The position numbers and the translations under genes were made by a program. The notes below the pieces were generated by a model, which ran no database searches, was not told the origin of the DNA, and saw only the letters and a program-made list of their open reading frames with translations. A DNA stretch of 64,000 bases, taken from positions 868,001 through 932,000 of the forward strand of contig OZ025780.1 of assembly GCA_964019425.1 (NCBI GenBank), given 5' to 3'. The stretch comes from Flectonema sp. DT1601. Taxonomy: Eukaryota. Shown in pieces: positions 9,501-18,835 of this stretch (positions within the stretch are counted from its first letter, which is position 1; the number at the start of each line of letters is the position of its first letter).

Positions 9501-11214
9501 AATCAGCCATCCCCCCCTTCCGTTTCTCGTGTACGATACATAATGACCTGAAGACTCGCTGTGTCTGGTGTGTTGGATCACCCCAGTCAGGGCGTACAGG
9601 CGGCTCGAAGTGTCTACGAAGGATGCCGGTATGCTGACCTTTTCTTCGGCTTCGGGATCTCCGAAATGTCCCTCGTTGAATCCAAAGAACAGTGATCGGG
9701 CTAACTCGTCTACCGATGTAGTGACCGTCGCTGAGCTCGACTTGCAAATCGGGCAGACAAAGTCCGCCGGGCTGGTCGACGTTGTAGCACAGGCTGTGGC
9801 TGGCGTTTGGCCAGGGTTCAGTCGGAGGATGGGTGTTCGATTCCGTTTCGTGTGTGTGTCTTCACAAACTCGACACGTGCGGGTCTGCGTTACGGTGGAC
9901 ATGAAGTCGACTGGTGGTGCTCCCATCTCCTCGATCGCTTCGAGCAGCTCTGACAGTGCGTGTTCAGCTTCTGATTGTCCTGGTCCGCAGCGTGGTTTCA
10001 CCCACTCCCATAGTTTCTTCGCAGCGGAACAAGACCCTGAACGCTTCAGTTCCCGTAGATTGCATAGGACACAGGCTGCCAGGTGTTCAGACGATTTGCT
10101 GCAATCTGGTAGAGGCATGCCCTTTCATAGGCACTGGAGCGCTGCGTTCATATAGCAGGAGTTCCCGAGATTCTGAATCCCCTCCAGACCTGCTTCAAAT
10201 GGTACGAAGGGAGGATGTAGGTACTCTGGGACCCCACCTGTATCTTTCGCTGCTGCCGTAACCGATGTCTCGTCCTGTCCGGCGTCCCGTTCTAGTTCTC
10301 GACACTCGGGGTTCGAAGACTGCGCGTTCTCCGGGGCACCTCCTGGATCATTCACTACCGGCAACAGGAAGAGAGCCTCGGGTAGTATGGATACCCGCTC
10401 TGGTGCTGAACTCCCGGGGTTCATGTACTGTTGGTCGGTGATCGGCATTACGAGGTGTCTTAGGCCTACGTGGATCGGGACCTCGTCTGCGTGCATCAAA
10501 GATTCCATCACTATTTCGGTCGGGTCCGCGTCCATCTCGGGGTATAACGGTTCCCTTGGCGTTTCCAGCGTGGTGTTTAATGCGTTCCGTGGCATACGGT
10601 CCGCAGTAGGGTCCAAACTCCACATGAGTGATGGCTCCTTCTGTGGACTCAGGGGTCTTCCCGGGACCGACTCCGGTTCCTGCTGTCCTCCGGCGAAAGA
10701 TATAGTTGGGCCAGGAGGGTGTAGGGCGGCAGAGTCTGGCCTAGACAGGGAGGCTTCCTTCCACGGTGTCTCTCCAACGTATGTTGCGATCGGGCCAGTG
10801 TGCAGGTTAGATTCTAGGTCTTTTTTCCCCCGCGGTTTGTTATGGTCTAATAGTGGCTCCGCTACCTCTGGTCTTCCGGTGGATGTTGCGGTTGGGGCTC
10901 CGACCGGATCAGCTGGCAAGAATGGAATTGTGGCGGCTAGTGCGGGTCCTCCCGGCGCACCATGCGGTCTCAGACCGGACTCCGATATCCCCAAACCTCC
11001 AGCAATTGGTGCGGTTGGGCCCGAAGGAGAAGGGACAGCGGTGGCTGGATCGTTTAGCGTGGGTTCCTTCTGTCTACCATCTGGCGAAGGAGGATTGCCT
11101 ACATCCGATGCTGGTTCAACGGGCAACTCCTGCGGACTAATTGATAGCCTCAGCTCAGCTTTCGATACTTCTAGACCTCCGGCAATAGAAATGGATGGGC
11201 CTGGAAGAATAGGG
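6598..11214 (-). mobile_element. GC-rich intronless insert in the satellite, likely a 5'-truncated retroposed element
   Basis: Satellite on both sides. The ORF runs off the 5' junction at 11214. The minus-strand 3' end has a hairpin (6607-6637) followed by an A-rich tail. No RT domain seen. Confidence 0.55.
7347..11214 (-). pseudogene. USP (C19) deubiquitinase + two RNase H1-type hybrid-binding (Cauli_VI) domains + degenerate RNase H + acidic repeats + Cys cluster; single in-frame TGA at 10125-10127
   Basis: Cys box GIQNLGNSCYMNAALQCL. His box YALTGVIQH...SGHYVSY...WLIQDDS. HBD motifs FYYGVAEGRSPGVYTTWEE...YRGAVHKRF and WYAVVRGRKTGLYDCWRE...YKAFDSREEA. ORFs 10125-11243 and 7347-10118 are in one frame. 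Confidence 0.85.
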
Positions 11215-12145
11215 TTTTTATTAATTTTGAAAAAAAAAAACAATCAGTTTAGCGTCTTGACCAGGACGGAAGATAGAAAGTGATCGACATAGTCGATCGA
11301 TAGAAAAACAATGATAACATTGTTTATTCTTTTTTTTTTTATTTTAAATTCTTTTTATTTATTTTTTAAAGAAAAAAAAAACGGAAAATAGAAATTAGTC
11401 GACAAAGTCGAACGATAAAAAAAACAATGATAACATTGTTTATTCTTTTTTTTGTATTTTTTTTATATTCTTTTTTATTAATTTTGAAAAAAAAACAATC
11501 AGTTTAGCGTCTTGACCAGGACGGAAAATAGAAAGTGATCGACATAGTCGATCGATAAAAAAACAATGATAACATTGTTTATTCTTTTTTTTTTATTTTA
11601 AATTCTTTTTATTTATTTTTTAAAGAAAAAAAAAACGGAAAATAGAAATTAGTCGACAAAGTCGAACGATAAAAAAAAACAATGATAACATTGTTTATTC
11701 TTTTTTTTTGTATTTTTTTTTATTCTTTTTATTAATTTTGAGAAAAAAAAACAATCAGTTTAGCGTCTTGACCAGGACGGAAAATAGAAAGTGATCGACA
11801 TAGTCGATCGATAAAAAAACAATGATAACATTGTTTATTCTTTTTTTTTTTTTTAAATTCTTTTTATTTATTTTTTTTTTTTTAAAGAAAAAAATGGAAA
11901 ATAGAAATTAGTCGACAAAGTCGAACGATAAAAAAAACAATGATAACATTGTTTATTCTATTTTTTTATTTTTTTTTTTTTCTATTCATTTTTTTTGATT
12001 TTGAAAAAAAAAAAAAACAATCAGTTTAGCGTCTTGACCAGGACGGAAAATAGAAAGTGATCGACATAGTCGATCGATAAAAAAACAATGATAACATTGT
12101 TTATTCTTTTTTTTTTATTTTAAATTCTTTTTATTTATTTTTTAA

Positions 12146-13880
12146 CCCATTAAGGACGGGGGGTCCACTACAGTGGTTATTTTGAAATTTTATTTTCGCT
12201 AAGGGGAAAACCCGGCTAACGCTACCCAGGGGGGGTGTAATCGAGGCCGTTTCGCGACGAATCTTGGGTGGGATGGCGTGGTTCGCTGTGTTTTTATTCA
12301 TGAAATTCAAAACTAATAATCGAAATTTTACCACCTAACAAGAAGTTTCGTGTGCCTGTTGAAATTGATACAAGTTCGGCGTCCTATGAAAGTCTGATGA
12401 TGATGGATTCTGTATCGGAGTCGTCATCTGACAGCAACACAGCAAAGATATCAAAGTGGGGGGGCAAAACCAAGAGAATCCCCAGGGAAAAACGGAAAGG
12501 ACCTACCCAGAGTGTGAGCGACTTTAATGAAATGAGCGAATTGAAGGCATCCAACTCATTTTCACTGATCATGTGCTTAAAATGATATTTCGACACACTC
12601 TTATCTACCCGATTGACAAAGAGACGTCCATGAAGTCACTAGAAGTTGGTGAACTGAAATGCTTTCTCTGTAATTTCCACACTGCTAACTAACACATTCT
12701 TGCTTCTTATGTTCATAGTCTTGTTAAACCCCATAATAATAAAGGGCATTGGGTGACGTTTGACAATTTTAATTCGTCATACGCATTTCTTGTTTTGATG
12801 TTGGCGAAAGGGTTCCACTGTGGTGGAACAGCCTGACGGAACAGAAAGGGAGTTCTGTTGATGTTACAAAACCGAAGGCTACTGGACCGGGACGACTAAG
12901 CAAATCGGAAGTGAAAGAAAGACCGAAGAATCTTACTGCTTCTTACCTTCAGTCAAGCACGGCATCCACCATATAAAGTGGAGAGACTCAAAGGATGTGC
13001 ATCTTTTCAGTACTCTTCCCTTACGTGAGCACTGTGTCGATGTATATCGCTGGATTAGGAAGAAAAATAAAAAAGAAAAAGTGCCGATCAAACTACCGTG
13101 CAAGTAGACAGGTACACCAAGACGATGGGAGGTGTTAACCTGATAGGTAGCGTGAAGGGAAGGGCGAACAGAAACCTTCAAACTAAACGATGGCATCTAA
13201 AGGTTTTCGACTACTTGCTGAAAGTTTCAATCTTCAACACGTTTACCCTTCAAAAGAAATGCGGTAAGGATACTGGTACCTACATACGGTATGTAGAGGA
13301 GCTCGCTATGCAACTCGTCAGTGACGGGACATCGAGAGACAAGACAACCGATACCACATCTACTATTGACTCGGGTTCGCACTTTTCACACATGTTCAGC
13401 ACCACTGAGCACTATCCATCAATATTTGGCACTGCTAAACAATGTAAGTATCACAATACTCGAGTGAGGACTACTTATGGATGCCAGGGGTGTAAGGTTT
13501 TTATGTGTCCTGCACCCTGTTTTGGCAAATACCACTTAAATCTTACAAAGGGGAGAACATTTGCGTCCCATACCACCACCTCTGTGTCGGGAGGTGCTAT
13601 CCGGGAAGAATGTACGAAGGGGAAGACCCCTGCACTCACAACAACATCAAAATTGAAGAGGCACAAGGAGTCATAAGAACTGAGCTTATTTTTGTCTTTG
13701 GTGGTGTTTTCATTTGTTCTGTTCACACTTTAGGTGGTGAATGTGTGTGTATTTTTAACGGGCAGGCAATGGCGGTTCACTTTGTCACATCACCTTTCCG
13801 AGCCCCCCTACCCCTTTTCCCCGTTAGCTCTTTTTTCAAAAAAAGTCAAAAAACCGGGTTTTACCCCCGTCCGTAATGGG
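12146..13880 (+). mobile_element. piggyBac transposon (defective, both ends intact)
   Basis: TTAA at 12142-12145 and 13881-13884. 17-bp TIR CCCATTAMGGACGGGGG. The flanks rejoin to a normal satellite unit. Confidence 0.95.
12397..13676 (+). pseudogene. piggyBac transposase, internally deleted and frameshifted
   Basis: Motifs VTFDNFNSS...GFHC.GTA*RNRKG, IKWRDSKDV, YTKTMGGVN, KRWHLKVF...FNTFTL and C-terminal Cys-rich CKYH...CQGCKVFMCPAPCFGKYH. Confidence 0.9.
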
Positions 13881-15928
13881 TTAAAGAAAAAAAACGGAAA
13901 ATAGAAATTAGTCGACAAAGTCGAACGATAAAAAAAACAATGATAACATTGTTTATTCTTTTTTTTGTATTTTTTTTTATATTCTTTTTTATTAATTTTG
14001 AAAAAAAAAAAAAACAATCAGTTTAGCGTCTTGACCAGGACGGAAAATAGAAAGTGATCGACATAGTCGATCGATAAAAAAAACAATGATAACATTGTTT
14101 ATTCTTTTTTTTTTATTTTAAATTCTTTTTATTATTTTTAAGAAAAAAAATGGAAAATAGAAATTAGTCGACAAAGTCGAACGATAAAAAAAAAACAATG
14201 ATAACATTGTTTATTCTATTTTTTATTTTTTTTTTCTATTCTTTTTTATTAATTTTGAAAAAAAAACAATCAGTTTAGCGTCTTGACCAGGACGGAAAAT
14301 AGAAAGTAATCGACATAGTCGATCGATAAAAAAACAATGATAACATTGTTTATTCTTTTTTTTTTATTTTAAATTCTTTTTATTATTTTTTAAAGAAAAA
14401 AAAACGGAAAATAGAAATTAGTCGACAAAGTCGAACGATTAAAAAAAACAATGATAACATTGTTTATTCTTTTTTTAATTTTTTTTTTTTTATATTCTTT
14501 TTTATTAATTTTGAAAAAAAAACAATCAGTTTAGCGTCTTGACCAGGACGGAAAATAGAAAGTAATCGACATAGTCGATCGATAAAAAAAACAATGATAA
14601 CATTGTTTATTCTTTTTTTTTATTTTAAATTCTTTTTATTTATTTTTAAAGAAAAAAAACGGAAAATAGAAATTAGTCGACAAAGTCGAACGATAAAAAA
14701 AAACAATGATAACATTGTTTATTCTATTTTTTATTTTTTTTTTTTATATTCTTTTTTATTAATTTTGAAAAAAAAAACAATCAGTTTAGCGTCTTGACCA
14801 GGACGGAAAATAGAAAGTAATCGACATAGTCGATCGATAAAAAAAACAATGATAACATTGTTTATTCTTTTTTTTTATTATTTTAAATTCTTTTTATTTA
14901 TTTTTAAAGAAAAAAACGGAAAATAGAAATTAGTCGACAAAGTCGAACGATAAAAAAAAAACAATGATAACATTGTTTATTCTATTTTTTATTTTTTTTT
15001 TGTATTCTTTTTTATTAATTTTGAAAAAAAAAAAAACAATCAGTTTAGCGTCTTGACCAGGACGGAAAATAGAAAGTAATCGACATAGTCGATCGATAAA
15101 AAAACAATGATAACATTGTTTATTCTTTTTTTTTTATTTTAAATTCTTTTTATTTATTTTTTAAAGAAAAAAAAACGGAAAATAGAAATTAGTCGACAAA
15201 GTCGAACGATAAAAAAAAAAACAATGATAACATTGGTTATTCTTTTTTTTATTTTTTTTTTATATTCTTTTTTATTAATTTTGAAAAAAAAAAAACAATC
15301 AGTTTAGTGTCTTGACCAGGACGGAAAATAGAAAGTAATCGACATAGTCGATCGATAAAAAAAACAATGATAACATTGTTTATTCTTTTTTTTATTTTAA
15401 ATTCTTTTTATTTATTTTTTAAAGAAAAAAACGGAAAATAGAAATTAGTCGACAAAGTCGAACGATAAAAAAAAAAACAATGATAACATTGTTTATTCTA
15501 TTTTTATTTTTTTTTTTATATTCTTTTTTATTAATTATTCTTTTTTTTTTTTTTTTTTTTTTAATCCTTTTTATTATTTCAAAGAAAAAACAATCAGTTT
15601 AGCATCTTGACCAGGACGGAAAATAGAAAGTGATCGACATAGTCGATCGATAAAAAAACAATGATAACATTGTTTACTCTTTTATAATTTTTTTTATTTT
15701 TTTTATTTGTTTTTAAAAAAGAAAAAGAAAACAAGCGGAATTGATCATAATGGGTGATAGGGGTTGTTATAACTTCGTTTGAAAATTCTTCTTTTTTGAT
15801 TTCTTTTTTTTTTTTTTTCTTTTTATAGGAGTTAAGATCACTTCAGGAGACAACACATAAACGAGAGCAGCAAGCAGAGTTGACACTATCAATTCAAATT
15901 TGAAATACCGGGAATTTATTTACAAGGA

Positions 15929-16023
15929 GGTATCTCAAGTGACTTGGTATCTCTAGCGTGTCGGTATCTCTGGGGTGCTGGTATCTCGTATGTGCGTTGG
16001 TATCTCATGAGTGATGGTATCTC
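15929..16023 (+). repeat. Six phased GGTATCTC octamers with unique 9-11-nt spacers
   Basis: Motif starts at 15929, 15946, 15963, 15980, 15999 and 16016. Confidence 0.9.
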
Positions 16024-16060
16024 TTGTGCATTGGAGAAACGAAAAAGAATGTCATGACCA

Positions 16061-16255
16061 TATAGGTGGGAGGTTTACCAACAATGAAATACCACTACTC
16101 TTATCGTCGCTTTACTTATCCAATGATGGGGGAACGGCAGCTGCCTCTTCGGAGGTTAGGGTCCTTTCGGACTCGTAGCTTTTCCGATTCCAGCGACAAA
16201 CGGGCTTCGGCTCGACCCCTCGTTTGGAGACACCAGTCAGGTGGGGAGTTTGGCT
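16061..16255 (+). rRNA. Second LSU rRNA fragment, colinear continuation of 5642-5825
   Basis: TAGGTGGGAG...TGAAATACCACTAC...TTTACTTAT.CAATGA...GTCAGGTGGGGAGTTTGGCT. It stops just before the P-loop G run. Confidence 0.88.
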
Positions 16256-16619
16256 CGGAGGAGGGCCACATTGACGAAGGCTTCTAAGTCACGAACCTAA
16301 ATCGATGATGAGGATCGTTAAGCCACATTTCTAAAGGTCAAGCTTTTACTAACGTGAGAATTTCTGTTCTCGATGGTTCGAATGTGTCTGACAAAAATTA
16401 CCTAATTTGGAATGCTGCTTGAAGTCTGGTGAATTTTGGTTGGAGGTCTTAGTCTCACTGGTGAACTGCACAGTAACATTTTAAAGTGATCGATCACACG
16501 GGAGGGGTCTTGGTGATTTATTGCAACGGGAATATGTCTCAACTCGACCAGTGGGTGATCAATCCGCCCTTTGACTATGTTTTGGTCACATTTTCCGTCA
16601 TTACGAAAAAGAGAAAAAA

Positions 16620-16691
16620 GGATGTCACGGGGTTCGAACCCGAGACCTCCGGGTCATGATTCGGCGGTCATAACCAATAAACTACCGGAGC
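16620..16691 (-). pseudogene. tRNA-derived sequence (CAT at anticodon-like position), acceptor stem unpaired
   Basis: A-box-like TAGTTTATTGG and perfect B-box GGTTCGAACCC at tRNA spacing, immediately followed by a T-run. Acceptor and anticodon stems are degenerate. Confidence 0.6.
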
Positions 16692-16845
16692 TCCGAAAAT
16701 TCTGAAAGTTTTCCCGTCATGTTGGGTTGTTTCGAGCGGTTAAAATTTTTGTGATGAGTTGGCGATTTCGCAAACTATTTTTGTGGAATTAGGGGTTTTC
16801 CCAAATAATTAAAAGGATTTAAAAAAAAAAAAAAAAAAAAGAATA

Positions 16846-17146
16846 CTGCAACTGGAAATATTACTGCGCTGAATAATTACTGCGGGGAAATATTACTGCG
16901 CGGAAAAATTAGTGCGGTTTTTTTGAGAAAAAATTAGTGCGGTTTTTTCCACTTGGTGGTAGAAAAAAATTTGGTTGCTTTTTTGCTGTGTAAGGCACCA
17001 GCAGAAAAATGCAGCTGGAAAAAAGTCGATTCTGAGTAGAAATATTAGTGCGGTGGAAATATTACTGCGTGGAAAAATTAGTGCGGTTTTTTGTAGTTTT
17101 GGAAATTAGTGCGGTTTTTTCCGCGCAGTAATATTTCCAGTTGCAG
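16846..17146. mobile_element. 301-bp MITE with TA target duplication inserted in satellite
   Basis: Perfect TIR CTGCAACTGGAAATATTACTGCGC with TA at 16844-16845 and 17147-17148. The empty site GAATAAACAATG is the satellite sequence. Confidence 0.92.
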
Positions 17147-17356
17147 TAAACAATGTTATCATTGTTTTTTTTTCTATCGACTATGTCGATTACTTTCTAT
17201 TTTCCGTCCTGGTCAAGACGCTAAACTGATTGTTTTTTTTTTTTTCAAAATTAATAAAAAGAATAAAAAAAAAAAAAAAGGAATAAACAATGTTATCATT
17301 GTTTTTTTTTATCAATCGACTTTGTTGACTAATTTATATTTTCCGTTTTTTTCTTT
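17147..17356 (-). repeat. Hairpin satellite, inverted orientation (right flank of MULE)
   Basis: Reverse complement of the satellite unit, continuing the 5180-5358 array. Confidence 0.9.
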
Positions 17357-17360
17357 TTAA

Positions 17361-18389
17361 CCCATTAAGGACGGGGGGTCCACTACAGTGGTTATTTTGA
17401 ACTAATAATCGAAATTTTACCACCTAACAAGAAGTTTCGTCTGCCTGTTGAAATTGATACAAGTTTGGCGTCCTATGAAAGTCTGATGATGATGGATTCT
17501 GTATCGGAGTCGTCATCTGACAGCAACACAGCAAAGGTATCAAAGTGGGGGGGCAAAACCAAGAGAATCCCCAGGGAAAAACAGAAAGGACCTACCCAGA
17601 GTGTGAGCGACTTTAATGAAATGAGCAAATTGAAGGCATCCAACTCATTTTCACTGATCATGTGCTTAAAATGATATTTCGACACACTCTTGCCTACCCG
17701 ATTGACAAAGAGACATCCATGAAGTCACTAGAAGTTGGTGAACTGAAATGCTTTCTCCGTAATTTCCACACTGCTAACAAACACATTCCTGCTTCTTATG
17801 TTCATAGTCTTGTTAAACCCCATAATAATAAAGGGCATTGGGTGACGTTTGACAATTTCAATTCGTCATACGCATTTCTTGTTTTGATGTTGGCGAAAGG
17901 GTTCCACTGTGTTGGAACAGCCTGACGGAACAGAAAGGGAGTTCTGTTGATGTTACAAAACCGAAGGCTACCTACTAAGCAAATCGGAAGTGAAAGAAAG
18001 ACCGAAGAATCTTTCTGCTTCTTACCTTCAGTCAAGCACGGCATCCACCATATAAAGTGGAGAGACTCAAAGGATGTGCATCTTTTCAGTACTCTTCCCT
18101 TACGTGAGCACTGTGTCGATGTATATCGCTGGATTAGGAAGAGAAATAAAAAAGAAAAAGTGCCGATCAAACTACCGTGCAAGTAGACAGGTACACCAAA
18201 ACGATGGGAGGTGTTAACCTGATGGATAGCGTGAAGGGAAGGGCGAACAGAAACCTTCAAACTAAACGATGGCATCTAAAGGTTTTCGACTACTTGCTGA
18301 AAGTTTCAATGTTCAACACGTTTACCCTTCAAAAGAAATGCGGTAAGGATACTGGTACCTACACACGGTATGTAGAGGAGCTCGCTATG
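17361..18389 (+). mobile_element. Second piggyBac copy, 3'-truncated, with ~125-bp 5' deletion
   Basis: TTAA plus CCCATTAAGGACGGGGG left TIR. Near-identical to 12146-13310. Ends abruptly at GAGCTCGCTATG. Confidence 0.93.
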
Positions 18390-18580
18390 AATTTCGATAA
18401 AGTGGGAAGTAACGGACTGGGAGCTTTTGGCTCCTGCCCTATTCCCGATGTAAACTTTCTTTTTATTTTTATTTTTTTTTAACAGGCCCAAAGGGCGACA
18501 ATGATGGTTGCTGACCAAGGAATAATATTCAAATGAATTTTCGTTTCAAAGAAACGAACAGAATTAAGAGAGAGGCAGAG

Positions 18581-18611
<31 letters not shown>

Positions 18612-18834
18612 GAAAGAAAAAAATGAAGAGGAAATAATCAAACATGAAAAAAAAAAAAAAGAAAAAATATATATATATAAATAAAAAACGTTGTATGAAA
18701 AAGGAAAAAAAAGAAAAAAAAAAAGACCAGAAAAGGAAAGAGAAAATGAAAAGGTATAATATTATTGTGGGGATATGAGGGATAGCAGGGAGATGCTCTT
18801 TTTTTTTTTTTTTTTTTTTTCTTATTTATTATTT
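18390..18834 (+). repeat. ~445-bp dispersed module (copy 2)
   Basis: Matches 5825-6270 apart from homopolymer lengths and a few substitutions. Confidence 0.85.
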
Positions 18835-18835
18835 C

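Larger units (their letters stand above)
11215..15720 (+). repeat. Tandem satellite, ~255-bp dimeric unit, ~11 units, interrupted by piggyBac
   Basis: Unit starts near 11239, 11494, 11750, 12017, 14013, 14266, 14521, 14777, 15036, 15294 and 15589. Conserved palindromes are separated by variable homopolymers. Confidence 0.95.
5368..16802. mobile_element. Mutator-like (Pack-MULE-type) non-autonomous element with nested insertions
   Basis: 47-bp TIRs GGGAAAACCYCTAATTCMACAAAAATAGTTTGCGAAATCGCCAACTC at 5368-5414 and 16756-16802 (2 mismatches). 9-bp TSD AAATAATTA at 5359-5367 and 16803-16811. Joining the flanks restores the satellite variant seen at ~6399-6436. No transposase recognised. Confidence 0.85.

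Noticed and set aside
10125..10127. TGA reassignment or programmed readthrough
   Set aside because: Neighbouring elements also carry frameshifts and TAA stops, and Trp is encoded by TGG. A simple nonsense mutation is more parsimonious.
6598..11214. piggyBac-type ends (CCC...GGG) on the USP insert
   Set aside because: Only three bases are complementary. No TIR and no TTAA duplication.
7507..11283. Long plus-strand ORFs (7507-8640, 9568-10155, 10387-11283)
   Set aside because: Antisense shadows of the GC-rich USP-fusion frame with no motifs.
11215..15720. CRISPR-like array of palindromic repeats
   Set aside because: Spacers are recurring A/T homopolymer tracts, not unique sequences. No cas genes, and the context is eukaryotic.
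5642..16255. Functional, naturally fragmented rRNA locus
   Set aside because: Only ~380 nt of LSU is present, it is embedded in a TIR element, and it has an extra base in the conserved AACTATGAC motif.
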